Shown: positions 38,495-52,907, numbered from the stretch's first letter. The stretch is DNA of 64,000 nucleotides from Eledone cirrhosa (GCA_964016885.1 OZ024741.1:190402001-190466000), one strand, 5' to 3'. A program made the numbers and translations. The notes: generated from the sequence alone by a model not told the origin.

Positions 38495-39099
38495 CTGCAG
38501 AAGGGAAGAAAAAAGGAAAAATGAACATTATAGCAGCACACCTAGACAATAAATGGGAGAACAGAAATGGGTGAAATGTAGAGTGGGATAGAAATACATG
38601 GAAAGAGAGGAACAACACAATAATTATAAAAGAAAGATGAGAAGAGAATTTCAGCTGAAAGTAAAATGTTATATTAACTATAGAGATACTAAAGTAATAA
38701 AACTTTCTGACTTTGGCACAAGGCCAGCAATTTAGAAGAAGGGAAAGTCGATTATATCGACCCCAGTACTTAACTGAATATAGAAAACCATAACTAAATA
38801 CTGCATATCATTTTGTCTGACATTCTACTGCTTCTGCCAATTCCCTGCCCTCAGATACTGAAGTAATAATAATTAAATTTACTTCTCCCATCTCCAACAA
38901 TGAACAGCAATCACAATAAAGCTGTCAAACACTGATACAACACTACAAAGTTGAAGAAAGGGGTCAGTTGAAAATATTGATGACTTCACCCAATAGTATT
39001 AGTAAAGTTGACCTCTGCGAGATTTCAACTGAGAATCTAAAAGGATGTAACGCAAAACCACAAGATATTTTGTCCAACACTCTACCAATTTTGTCATAA

Positions 39100-39750
39100 A
39101 TTGGCTACTTTCCCATGTGGTAAACTAAATGTAAGAAACATAGCAAGAACTTTAAATAATTACACACTATTACTACTTCTACATAAGGTAGTAAGATTAA
39201 ATATATAACATATAGCAATAACTTAACAAATCACACATCATTAGTGAAGGTATGTGGCTTAGTGGTAGGAGAGTTGGATTGACAATCGTGAAATTATGAG
39301 TTTGAGTCCCAGACCGGGTGATGCATTAGATTTGACGAGGTCCACTCACACTCGGTTAGCGAATGAGGTCTGGGATCTTGTCAATCGACACATCATTGCT
39401 ACTTGTACATGTAGTAAACTAAATATAAAAGGCAGCAATAAATTACCAGTCACACTCCACATGTGGTAGACTAAATATAAAAGACAGTAATAATTTAATA
39501 ATCACACGTCATGATTACTTCCACATGTAGTAAACTAAATGTAAAATACAACAATAATTTAACAATCAGACATTATTGCTATTTCCACATGTCGTAGACT
39601 AAATATAAAGCATGCAACAATAATTTAACCAGATATCATGGTTACTTCCACATGTAATAAACTAAATATAAAAGACAAAAATAATTAAACAATCACACAC
39701 CATGGCTACTTTTGCATGTGGTAGACTAAATGTTAGAATACACAACAATA
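39100..39750. repeat. Diverged tandem repeat of about 60 bp (tacttccacatgt(g/a)gta(g/a)actaaat), about 8 copies, interrupted by a SINE fragment
   Basis: Motif recurs near 39107, 39175, 39400, 39455, 39517, 39580, 39643, 39707. Confidence 0.8.
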
Positions 39751-39760
39751 ATTGAGTTAA

Positions 39761-40005
39761 CCCTTTTGTTACCATATTTCTAATGAAAGCCACTGTCTAT
39801 GATTTTCAAAATAATCAAAAATGTGAAGGGATTTAGTAATATAACTAATTTTCTCATTATCAAGCTAATGTTTGGAACATAGCTTAATGGCGGATCTTAC
39901 ATAAAATTATGATGAAAGGTCTTTAGATGAATAAAAACACTTTAAAATAGATAGTTTTGTAATGTAAAATGAGGGTCGGATTCAGGTGGTTTGATATCAA
40001 AAGGG
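39761..40005. mobile_element. piggyBac-type MITE
   Basis: TTAA|cccttttgttacca ... tgatatcaaaaggg|TTAA (12 of 14 TIR match); related decayed copies near 53381-53562 and 59480-59745. Confidence 0.8.
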
Positions 40006-41559
40006 TTAATCAGATACAGATTAGTTAGCACAGCAATAATTAAACTATAGAAAGAACTGTTGTTGTCAGTCTGGATGAGAGGGACTTTATAGAAAGACAA
40101 AAAATGTATAATTCAGCACAAAGTATATTAAAGATATCCCTCCTTTGCCAAACAACAAATGTCACTGTATTATACCTCTCAATAAGATATTCTGAAATTG
40201 AGAAAAAAAGAAAACAAACAATATCACCCATCCCCTAAAAAAAAATCTCAAGCCAAAAGATATCTTGGAAATATTTCTGCAACAAAACATTGAAAATAGA
40301 AACAATAATGGTTTCTAATTTGGGCACAATGCCAATAATTTTTTTTTTTTTTGTGAGGTGGTGGAGTGGTGGGAAAAGAAAGTCAATTATATTGACCCTA
40401 GTAATTGACTGGTATGCTATTTTATTGACCTTGAAAGGTGTCTTTGGTAGGGTTTGAAACCAGAACATAGGGGGCCATAATGAAATAATGAAATGCATTT
40501 CATCTGACATACTAATGATTCTGTCAATCCAGTGCTCTCTGGAAATGGAATTCCAAAATTAGGCACAAGGCCAACTATCCAGGGGTTGTGGGCATTTAGG
40601 CACAAAGCCAGCTATCTGAGGGGAGGGAGGGGGGGGGGGGTCATTAGCATTTTGGCACAAGGCCAGCTATCTGGTGGTCATGGGCAAGTCAGTTATATTG
40701 ACATCAGTACTTGACTGGTACTTTATTTTATCAGTCCTAGAAGGCAAAGTTGATCTCAGTGGGATTCAAACTGAGAAGGTTAAGAACTGGAACAAATATT
40801 TCAAAGTATTTTGTCCAATGCTTTAATAATTCTGCTAATCCACAGCCCTTAATAATTTGTAAAATAGGTATTTGGAGAGAAGGGAAAAATTGATTAATTA
40901 ATCCTAGTACTTGATTAGTAGTTTATTATATTGACCTCGGAGGCAAAAAAAAAGTAAAGTTGATCTTCAAGGGATTTGAACTTAGAATATATAGAAGTGG
41001 AACAAATATGCTCCAACAATTCTGCCAATCCACCCTTTTTACAAAGTTCTCATTTATGTGACATTTGTATATTCATATATTATATGTTTTGATCTAAAAT
41101 TCTAACTCTGAAGGGGTGGATACTTTGTGCTATTCTGATTTTTTAATATTTGGATGACGATGAAGACAATGAAGACAAACTGTTTAACGGCTGAAGTAGA
41201 CATATTTATATTAATAATGTGATTACAATGGAACAGATTGGACTGTAACATTCATGGAGAATATTTAATAAATAAGGAAATAATATACAACAACAATAAT
41301 AATGAACACTTAAATCTATACAAAAAGGAAAAATTTAAATTAAAAAAAACACCAACAACAAAGTATTAACAAGCAAATATGTGTAGTGAATGTAAATAGT
41401 GTTAAAGTGACATCTAAAAATTGCTATCATGCTACATCAACAAAAGGGAAACCTTTATTACTGTTAATTGCTGGTAAATATAGGAAAGCTTTTGAGAATT
41501 TGTTGTATTTGACAGGGAAGCCTACACAAACTACAGTATCAATACAACCTATATTTATA

Positions 41560-42245
41560 ATAATAATAATAATGAAATTATTGTGTAAAGTGCTCAGGTG
41601 CACTACAACTCGTCAATATAGTACATAGAATAATACACAAATGTCAGGGAAGTACATGTGTGTATGTGTTAGCTGTAGTGTTGGCGGATCTCGGGAAGCA
41701 TGGAGGCCTTAAAGGATGCAGTGTCTCGACAGCTAACAACTGATGCAGGTAGTTTGTTCCATGCTTCAGCAACCCTGAGCGTGAAAAAATGTTTCCGAAA
41801 GTCATGGGAACTGTGCTGTTTTCTGACTTTGTGGGCATGTCCACGTGTGTTAGACACATGGAAATCGAAAAGGCACTCAGGGTTGTTGTTGGCAACATGG
41901 TTAACAATTTTGTGGGTGTTTACCAAGTCAGTTGCCAGGCGTCGGAGCTTCAATGAATCCATGCCCAGGGAAGCAAGGCGCTCAGAGTATGGTAGATGCC
42001 TGATGGAGGGTATTCGCTTGGTTGCACGTCTCTGAACAGTTTCCAGGCGGTCAATGTCCTGAGCAAGATAGGAGTTCCAGACTGGTGATGCAAATTCTAA
42101 GTGTGGTCGCACCATAGCTGTATACAGCCTTAAATAGATATCTGGAGAGCGGCTGACAAAGGTCTTGCTGAGTGATGCTAAGACACCCTCGGCCCTCTTG
42201 ACAATTTTTTTTGACGGGCTTAAGAAAGACATGAGCATCACACAA
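41560..42245 (-). mobile_element. CR1 LINE 3' fragment with (ATT)n tail
   Basis: LYTAMVRPHLEFASPVWN, LETVQRRATK, TRGH, RKHFFTLRVAEAWNKLP. Confidence 0.92.
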
Positions 42246-43539
42246 TCTTGTTTAGAGCCTCTTATAAATGTGTAGCATGTATATATGTTAGCAATTGCTA
42301 CTGCAGAAATTTTGTGAAAGTAAAAAATCGTTTAACAGAATCAAGTATCAGAGATGGATTCTTCTCACCCATGGACAGAGATGGTTTCTGTTTGAAGGTT
42401 CAAATATTTAACATCCTCAATGGAGATTTTCACCACAAAAAAACACTTGTTTCTTTTCCATAATTACAATAATAAAAAAGCAAATGTGTTCAAGTTGAAA
42501 GTTTTCCTATATTTACCTATTTACCATCTACAGAGTTATGGTAACAAGGGAATATATAATCTAAAGTTTTGTTTGACATATTTAGCATGATAGTGTCAAA
42601 GTGTTCATCATGATTCTATGTAGAATGGAAAGTACCAAAATGTAAAAAATGATAGCCAATAGTGAGAAGGGTTGTGAGACAAAGATTAAAGTAAAATACA
42701 TCTACAACAGCATCAGCATGCACAGCAAACGTGTGTGAAGGTCTAGAAAAGTGATTTAGACACACAACAACTAAGTTACGCTACTAAATATCAATTGTGC
42801 AATAATTTAGACTAGTGGGCCGATTAAAGTGTCGGCTGTTTACAATCAAATAAGTTATTAGCGACAATATTTTCGCTTGTTTATTACAAAGAAGAATGTC
42901 AAAGGGCTACTGACCCTTAAGAATGATTTAAAGGTCAGAACAGTACACCATTTACTGAGATGGTTCTTGTACATCTTAATAGAATTTCATCATTCTAATA
43001 GAGGTTCATGGAAATACTTAAATTCAGCACAAACATGCTTTTTTTTAAAGTTAGAAACAAAACTAAAGAAAGAAAACTTTTGGCTGTTTATCAAACCTGG
43101 TGTTTAATTTATTGAAGTGGAATTATGACTGATAGTGATTGAATGTTAAAATCAAAATTGGTGATATCTTAACAAATTTTTGAGATCTCAAAAAGTATAT
43201 TTAGTAAATATGGATAGGAAACATTTTCTGTGAGATAATTTAAAACAGAAATAAAATTAGAAACTAATATAAATTTGTTTCACTTTGATCAACTGATTTG
43301 ATTAAATAATCTTTTAAATAATTAAGAAATTATTAACTCTACGTCTTCATTGAAGAAATAAAGAATCTTTAAATTTTCATTAAGTACAAAAATAAGTGAA
43401 AATTCAGCATACAGTTTATTTACTGGGCCTACATACAAAACCTCAATCCAAAATACCTGATAGATTGCAAATGTTCCATGTGAAATGAAGATACTAATTA
43501 TCTACCAGTGCAATTTACTTATACACGGGTATAAAAAGG

Positions 43540-43878
43540 GTAAAGACCCCTTTCAGTCATGAATGACTATGGGTTTTGCACCTAGAAGTTCCTCTCCAAC
43601 ACACAAGTCTGAGCAAGGTCGTTTGTGGAAGACCAGCAATCACCCATGCATACCAGTCTCCCTTCTCCATGCCAGCGATGTCGTCCAAGGGAAAGGCAAT
43701 GGCTGATACAGCTTCGCACCAGCGACGTCTCAACTCATTTCTACAGCTGAGTGAACTGGAGCAACATGATATATAGTGTCTTGCCCAAGAACACAACACA
43801 TTGCTTGGTCCAGGAATTGAACTCACAACCTTATGATTGTGAATCCAATGCTCCTACCACTACGATGCATGCCTTCAC
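43540..43878 (-). mobile_element. CORE-type tRNA SINE with a different, longer 3' region (octopus OR-type)
   Basis: B-box gagttcaattcc, cttgggcaagacact...gctccagttcactcagctgtagaaatgag core. Confidence 0.8.
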
Positions 43879-43933
43879 ATTATACATGAGTACATATAGT
43901 GTATAAAATTCTAAAGATAATTATCTCAAATGC

Positions 43934-46900
43934 CAGCATCATATCTCACTGTGACATACTGGCAGTACAGTTATGACCACAAATATCAGCATCATATCTC
44001 ACTGTGACATACTGGCAGTACAGTTATGATCACAAATATCAGCATCATATCTCACTGTGACATACTGGCAGTACAGTTATAATCACAAATATCAGCATCA
44101 TATCTCACTGTGACATACTGGCAGTACAGTTATGATCACAAATATCAGCATCATATCTCACTGTGACATACTGGCAGTACAGTTATGATCACAAATATCA
44201 GCATCATATCTCACTGTGACATACTGGCAGTACAGTTATGACCACAAATATCAGCATCATATCTCACTGTGGCATACTGGCAGTACAGTTATGACCACAA
44301 ATATCAGCATCATATCTCACTGTGGCATACTGGCAGTACAGTTATGACCACAAATATCAGCATCATATCTCACTGTGACATACTGGCAGTACAGTTATGA
44401 CCACAAATATCAGCATCATATCTCATTGTGACATACTGGCAGTACAGTTATGACCACAAATATCAGCATCATATCTCACTGTGACATACTGGCAGTACAG
44501 TTATGACCACAAATATCAGCATCATATCTCATTGTGACATACTGGCAGTACAGTTATGACCACAAATATCAGCATCATATCTCACTGTGACATACTGGCA
44601 GTACAGTTATGACCACAAATATCAGCATCATATCTCATTGTGACATACTGGCAGTACAGTTATGACCACAAATATCAGCATCATATCTCACTGTGACATA
44701 CTGGCAGTACAGTTATGACCACAAATATCAGCATCATATCTCATTGTGACATACTGGCAGTACAGTTATGACCACAAATATCAGCATCATATCTCACTGT
44801 GACATACTGGCAGTACAGTTATGACCACAAATATCAGCATCATATCTCATTGTGACATACTGGCAGTACAGTTATGACCACAAATATCAGCATCATATCT
44901 CACTGTGGCATACTGGCAGTACAGTTATGACCACAAATATCAGCATCATATCTCACTGTGACATACTGGCAGTACAGTTATGACCACAAATATCAACATA
45001 TCTCACTGTGACATACTGGCAGTACAGTTATGACCACAAATATCAGCATCATATCTCACTGTGGCATACTGGCAGTACAGTTATGACCACAAATATCAGC
45101 ATCATATCTCACTGTGGCATACAGGCAGTACAGTTATGACCACAAATATCAGCATCATATCTCATTGTGACATACTGGCAGTACAGTTATGACCACAAAT
45201 ATCAGCATCATATCTCACTGTGACATACTGGCAGTACAGTTATGACCACAAATATCAGCATCATATCTCACTGTGACATACTGGCAGTACAGTTATGATC
45301 ACAAATATCAGCATCATATCTCACTGTGACATACTGGCAGTACAGTTATAATCACAAATATCAGCATCATATCTCACTGTGACATACTGGCAGTACAGTT
45401 ATGATCACAAATATCAGCATCATATCTCACTGTGACATACTGGCAGTACAGTTATGATCACAAATATCAGCATCATATCTCACTGTGACATACTGGCAGT
45501 ACAGTTATGACCACAAATATCAGCATCATATCTCACTGTGGCATACTGGCAGTACAGTTATGACCACAAATATCAGCATCATATCTCACTGTGGCATACT
45601 GGCAGTACAGTTATGACCACAAATATCAGCATCATATCTCACTGTGACATACTGGCAGTACAGTTATGACCACAAATATCAGCATCATATCTCATTGTGA
45701 CATACTGGCAGTACAGTTATGACCACAAATATCAGCATCATATCTCACTGTGACATACTGGCAGTACAGTTATGACCACAAATATCAGCATCATATCTCA
45801 TTGTGACATACTGGCAGTACAGTTATGACCACAAATATCAGCATCATATCTCACTGTGACATACTGGCAGTACAGTTATGACCACAAATATCAGCATCAT
45901 ATCTCATTGTGACATACTGGCAGTACAGTTATGACCACAAATATCAGCATCATATCTCACTGTGACATACTGGCAGTACAGTTATGACCACAAATATCAG
46001 CATCATATCTCATTGTGACATACTGGCAGTACAGTTATGACCACAAATATCAGCATCATATCTCACTGTGACATACTGGCAGTACAGTTATGACCACAAA
46101 TATCAGCATCATATCTCATTGTGACATACTGGCAGTACAGTTATGACCACAAATATCAGCATCATATCTCACTGTGGCATACTGGCAGTACAGTTATGAC
46201 CACAAATATCAGCATCATATCTCACTGTGACATACTGGCAGTACAGTTATGACCACAAATATCAACATATCTCACTGTGACATACTGGCAGTACAGTTAT
46301 GACCACAAATATCAGCATCATATCTCACTGTGGCATACTGGCAGTACAGTTATGACCACAAATATCAGCATCATATCTCACTGTGGCATACAGGCAGTAC
46401 AGTTATGACCACAAATATCAGCATCATATCTCACTGTGGCATACTGGCAGTACAGTTATGACCACAAATATCAGCATCATATCTCACTGTGGCATACTGG
46501 CAGTACAGTTATGACCACAAATATCAGCATCATATCTCATTGTGACATACTGGCAGTACAGTTATGACCACAAATATCAGCATCATATCTCACTGTGACA
46601 TACTGGCAGTACAGTTATGACCACAAATATCAGCATCATATCTCATTGTGACATACTGGCAGTACAGTTATGACCACAAATATCAACATATCTCACTGTG
46701 GCATACTGGCAGTACAGTTATGACCACAAATATCAACATATCTCACTGTGGCATACTGGCAGTACAGTTATGACCACAAATATCATCATATCTCACTGTG
46801 GCATACTGGCAGTACAGTTATGACCACAAATATCAGCATCATATCTCACTGTGGCATACTGGCAGTACAGTTATGACCACAAATATCAACATATCTCACT

Positions 46901-47075
46901 GTGACATACTGGCAGTACAGTTATGACCACAAATATCAACATATCTCACTGTGGCATACTGGCAGTACAGTTATGACCACAAATATCAACATATCTCACT
47001 GTGACATACTGGCAGTACAGTTATGACCACAAATATCAACATATCTCACTGTGGCATACTGGCAGTACAGTTATC
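43934..47075. repeat. 53-bp minisatellite, about 59 copies, with 50-bp variants
   Basis: cagcatcatatctcactgtgacatactggcagtacagttatgaccacaaatat repeated head to tail; degenerate copies continue to about 47350. Confidence 0.97.
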
Positions 47076-47699
47076 ACCAATTATCATCATCTCTCACTGT
47101 GATATACTGGGCTTACAGATATCACCAACATCTTCTGTGACATATTGGGTATACAGATATCACCATTTCAGTTGACAATGATATATTAGCTGTGCAGTTA
47201 TCACCATAAATATTGTCACATCTCACTGTGACATATTGGGTATATAGTTATACAACATACTCATATAACATGATGGCTGTACAGTTATTACTATTTATAA
47301 CCACTATATCTCACTGAGGCATTAAAGTTATAATTATTACCACAAATATCTTTGACCCTCAATATTGAAACTTTCATTTTGCATTCTGACTTTACTTTGA
47401 GTCGGTTAGCAGAAGATTTTATAAAAGTTTAATGAAAATATACAAGAAATTGAGAAATTCTAAAATTTTATGACTGAAACCTATCAAAAGACTCATGAAA
47501 CAGGAGTATAGAACCAAGCAGAATTGAATAACAGTGTGTTTGTATGTATTCTTTTTTTCTCTAAATATTTCACCATATCTCAACAACTTCCTTACTGGAC
47601 TACTGGTCAAATAAACCACAGACATTTAGCTCTGATCTATGTCCTGCTGTGTATCAGAGATATATGATGTACCAGAAGAGTAACAGGCAAACATATGGT

Positions 47700-48095
47700 G
47701 TATCAGGAGAGTGACAAACAGATAGATAGCATATCAAGAGTGTGACAGACAGATAGATAGCGTATCCAGAGTGTGACAAACAGATAGATAGCGTATCCAG
47801 AGTGTGACAGACAGATAGATAGTGTATCCAGAGTGTGACAAACAGATAGATAGCGTATCCAGAGTGTGACAGACAGATAGATAGTGTATCCAGAGTGTGA
47901 CAGACAGATAGATAGTGTATCCAGAGTGTGACAAACAGATAGATAGTGTATCCAGAGTGTGGCAGACAGATAGATAGTGTATCCAGAGTGTGACAGACAG
48001 ATATATAGTGTATCCAGAGTGTGACAGACAGATAGATAGTGTATCCAGAGTGTGACAGACAGATAGATAGTGTATCCAGAGTGTGACAGACAGAC
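47700..48095. repeat. 31-bp minisatellite, about 12 copies
   Basis: ccagagtgtgacagacagatagatagtgtat. Confidence 0.95.
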
Positions 48096-48109
48096 ATATT
48101 GAGTATCAG

Positions 48110-48910
48110 ATCAGTGACAGACAGACATATGGTGTATATCATGAGTATGACAGACATGTGGTGTATCAGGTGTGAGTGACAGACATGTGGTGTTTCAGAT
48201 GTGAGCGACAGACATGTGGTGTTTCAGATGTGAGTGACTGACATGTGGTGTATCAGGTGAGCAATAGACGTGGTATATCAGGTGTGTGTGACAGACATGT
48301 GGTGTTTCAGGTGTGAGTGACAGACATGTGGTGTATCAGGTGTGACAGACATGTGGTGTTTCAGATGTGACTTAAATCTATACAAAAAGGAAAAATTTGG
48401 TGTATTATGTGTGAGTGACAGACATGTGGTATACCAGGTGTGAGTGACATGTGGTATATCAGGTGCGAGTGACATGTGGTATATCAGGTGTGAGTGACAT
48501 TGGTATATCAGGTGCGAGTGACATGTGGTATATCAGGTGTGAGTGACATGTGGTATATCAGGTGTGAGTGACATTGGTATATCAGGTGCGAGTGACATGT
48601 GGTATATCAGGTGTGAGTGACATGTGGTATATCAGGTGTGAGTGACATTGGTATATCAGGTGTGAGTGACATTGGTATATCAGGTGCGAGTGACATGTGG
48701 TATATCAGGTGTGAGTGACATTGGTATATCAGGTGCGAGTGACATGTGGTATATCAGGTGTGAGTGACATGTGGTATATCAGGTGTGAGTGACATTGGTA
48801 TATCAGGTGCGAGTGACATGTGGTATATCAGGTGTGAGTGACAAACATGTGGTGTATTAGGAGTGAATGACAGACATGTGGTGTCTCAGGTGTGAGTGAC
48901 AGACAGATAT
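48110..48910. repeat. 29/25/23-bp minisatellite series
   Basis: gtgacagacatgtggtgtatcaggtgtga grading into gtgacatgtggtatatcaggtgtga and gtgacattggtatatcaggtg(c/t)ga. Confidence 0.93.
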
Positions 48911-51817
48911 ATGGTGGAACAGGAGTGTGAGAAAATGGCAATAAACATGAAGAGATCTTTGCAGAAATCTTAACGAAGCAGCATAAAGAGGTTAGCAATG
49001 TTGGATGAGTCTAATGAAGCTAATAATGAAATTTCTTGTTATGACTAAATGGGATGTTTCTGAAACTTTCTGGACAGTATTGGCTTCCACAGATCTGTGT
49101 GAAGTACATCGGAATGGAAGAATGGATATTATTATGATAATGATATTGATGATAGTGGTGGTAATAGTGACTGATGCTGGTGATGATGATGATTTCGCTG
49201 ACAAGATGGTGACAAAATAGTATAGAATTTGGTGACTCAGTTTTTGAGATAAGGTAACATTGCCCTAAATCCCAAACCAAAGAAATCTACATTAAAAAAA
49301 GGAAACATCATTCTATTAACTCTTAACATCCTCTAACAATTTAGCAGAAAATATCTAAAGAAAGTTTTATGAATTCAAATGTTTATTGTATCTTTATTAG
49401 TGGACAGAGTGTTGTGAAAATTTGCAGCATTAGTGTAAAGACTAATTTTTAATGTGATGTAGTCATACTGCTGTTTTATACTTTCCAAAAATGATGTGAT
49501 TTCATCTGATACAGGACATTAAGAATTAAGTCTGCGACACAAATTAGAGCAATTATATATATCTAAATACGCAATATCCAGCAATTGTGGAATATATAAA
49601 TATAAAAGTAAGACATACTCATATACCCACGCTTTCATTGGCTATTTGCTTAAAATGTTTTTATATCTATTATTTATATGTAAGCGTACTTTGATGAGAT
49701 CAAACTGCTTGAAACGTCCCTGGTTTTATGATACAAAACTGTTTGTTTTATAATGTTTATATTTATCTAAACACCTTCCATTAAAATTTCATGCAAAAAT
49801 CTTTGTTACATTTTGTTCAAAACACTAACTGAATAATGGGAAATTTTTATTTGCATATCTTAGACAGTGTATGTCATTAGAAATACAGTCATGAAAGGGT
49901 TAAAAGTTAAGCTGACATGTTACCACGGAAGGAACTGAGAATGCTCTCGTGGATAACCAATACCTAGAATATTATGCTCAACATTGCATCAATTTCTTTA
50001 GTCTAAGAACTTTTAATAAATAGATTTCCAAGTTTACAAGTTCAACTACTCACAGAGGTAGTAAAATGATAGCTAACATTTTCTTTAGCAAGCTATTACT
50101 ATCTGAATTGAATCAGTAGACATTCATACAACCAAGTTGTTGTGAACCGGAACTTGGATACCTACCATAACCCTAATACAAAGTCAGAATTAGTTATTGG
50201 GGCCTCAATAGTGACACTGAATAATTATGACACCGGTCCAAAAAGTATTTGTAAGAAAACTAGTTTGTTTCAATATCAACTACATTTTTGGTGTTTTCAC
50301 CTGTTCAAACCAGTTTAAACTAATGCATTTTCCAATAATTGCTATGTGCTGTATTTCAAAACAGCACACACAAAAACTGTAACTTACTTCTTGTCAATAA
50401 AAGAACTGAGAACATTCATTTCTGATTGAAGAAGTTCAATTATCCTATCATATATAATAGAGGTCTGCAGGTGTGGAATATAAGATTTCTGAGTTCAACT
50501 CTAGCCTATGATCAGAGTATTGACCAATTGCAAGACAAATCAGACTTTTTGTATGTGTGTATAGTTTGACATAACACATAACAAATAGCTATACACACTT
50601 AATTATCATCATCATGACCACCACCACCACCTTTAACATATTTTCTATGGTTATATGAATTAGACAGGCTGTCACATGAGGCTAGACAGGTCTTGCTCAA
50701 ATGCTCTAGGGGGTATTTTTGCATGGTTTTCTATGCCTGAATACCCTTTCTAATGCCAACCACACTACAGAGTGTACTGAGAGTTTTCTTGAGAGCATCA
50801 GTATGACCATGTTATATATATATGTATGTGTGTGTGAAAGCACATGGCTTAGTGGTTAGAGCATTGTCCAAGGTGCCATGCAGTGGGATTGAGCCAGGGA
50901 CTTAATGTTTATGAAGTGAACCTTTTAACCATTCAGCCATACTGCGCCCACTTTAGTAACATATGTGAAGTCTGATATACACAGAGGTGTGTGCATGTGT
51001 GTGTGGTTTGATGCATACAAAAATACAAATATAGTAACATATATGTGTGTAGTTTGATATAGCTTATAATGACATAACATAGGCATCATACAAGAATGCT
51101 CACAGGATGATCAAGTTTATAGGATATTTGGTGTGTATGTCTATGTATGTATGCATCAGTGTGTGCATGTGTGTTGCACACATAAACTCACACATGTACA
51201 TTAGCTGAATTTACAACTGCATTAGCTGTATTTACAAATACAACTGCCACCACTAAATGCTACTATTATTACTATCAACATTACCATCAACATTACCATC
51301 ATCGTTACCATCATCATTAGATAGGTTGGCAATTCAGTGCCAGTTGTGTTGTTTCATTAACCTCCTCTGATCATGTTAAACAAAAATTCCATGGCAAAAA
51401 TTAAAAAGAAAAATTCCACAGAAAACGTTTTAGTGAGTGCAAATATATATATATATAAAAACAAATAGTTGAAAGGAAAAAGATTTTTTCAGTAGAAAAT
51501 GCTGAAGAGATTTTATCAGTGTAATTATGCATATCTGCAATCGACAATGCATATAATGCTGAAACCGCTACCTCGCCGAGGTTAACTTTGCCTTTCATCC
51601 TTACGGGGTCGATAAAATAAAGTACCAGTAATGCGCTGAGATAATTGCTGGCCTTGTGCCAAAAAGTAGAAACAAATATTAAATGTGGAAATATCCTCTT
51701 TATAAATAAATGTTTTGATATTACACTGAAAGAATATCTTCAGCATTTTCTACTGAAAAAATCTTTTTCCTTTCTACTATTTGTTTTTATATATATCAAC
51801 TTGTGTGTTACTTTTCT

Positions 51818-51860
<43 letters not shown>

Positions 51861-51926
51861 ATAGTGTAATTTTGTAAAGAATATTCAAGGTTGGGAGAAC
51901 ACATAATCTATGAGACAAGTTATTGT

Positions 51927-52132
51927 ATACAGATATTTATTACACTAACTATGCTGTCATTTAGGTTCAACTGTTTCTTTGGCTGCCTATTTCAAACTTC
52001 TCGAGAGACAAGCCCCAAATCTTCAGCCTATATTGACACCATTTTTGGGACCTGTCTCAGGAAAAATTTGAAATAGGCAGCCAAAGAAACAATTGTACCT
52101 AAATGACAGCATAGTGTAATAAATATCTGTAT
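51927..52132. repeat. Inverted repeat, arms about 90 bp
   Basis: 51927-52019 is the reverse complement of about 52044-52132. Confidence 0.9.
51955..52038 (-). ncRNA. Hammerhead motif with long stem II and mutated cleavage site (family F)
   Basis: Minus strand: tgtcaatatagg CTGAAGA tttgg...ccaaa GAAA cagttg AA cctaaatgaca; the inverted arm keeps GAAA caattg TA cctaaat. Confidence 0.65.
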
Positions 52133-52471
52133 GTGTATATATATATATATATATACCAATGTGTCTGTGTGTGTATGTGTGTATGCTTGATTGAGTGCAT
52201 ACAGATATACATAAAAAGAAAGAATATTGTGAGAGAATGAGGTAAAAAACATCTAATATAAGGAACTTCTTACGAACCTGCTGTTTCACATGAGCTGGCT
52301 GTCATGGGGGGAGAAAGAATCAGATATTAGTATTAAACAAGGGTCACATTCACAGTAGAAGGGAGGCAGGGATAGTTGTAGTGGTTGGTGGTGAAGGTGG
52401 TAATGGTAGCATGCTTTAGGGGTCGTCAGATAATTACATACACCCTATATATAATATATATATACAGAGAT

Positions 52472-52597
<126 letters not shown>

Positions 52598-52825
52598 AAG
52601 AGAGAGAAAGAGAAAGAGAGAGAGAGAGAGGCACTCTACATAAAAAGTTTTACGTTATTCAGAGAAAGATAGAGATAAAATTGTAATTAACATTTTAAAA
52701 TAATCAAACACTATATCAAAGATGTTTGTTTGAAGGAACATATTATAATTTCGGACATATTGTGCAGCATTGCAATTAGATGAAGAGGAAGAGAAGAGAG
52801 AGGACAATAATTTTATTGTTATATA

Positions 52826-52863
<38 letters not shown>

Positions 52864-52907
52864 CAGTTATAAGCAGGCAATAATTGGCGAAGGCTCACTA
52901 TTTCAGT

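Noticed and set aside
43934-47075. CRISPR-like array (also considered for 24371-24678)
   Set aside because: Units are head to tail without unique spacers, there are no cas genes, and the context is a eukaryotic genome
49685-49725. TTGATGA...GAAACGTC hammerhead-like string
   Set aside because: Stems I and II do not pair; at best a heavily decayed relic
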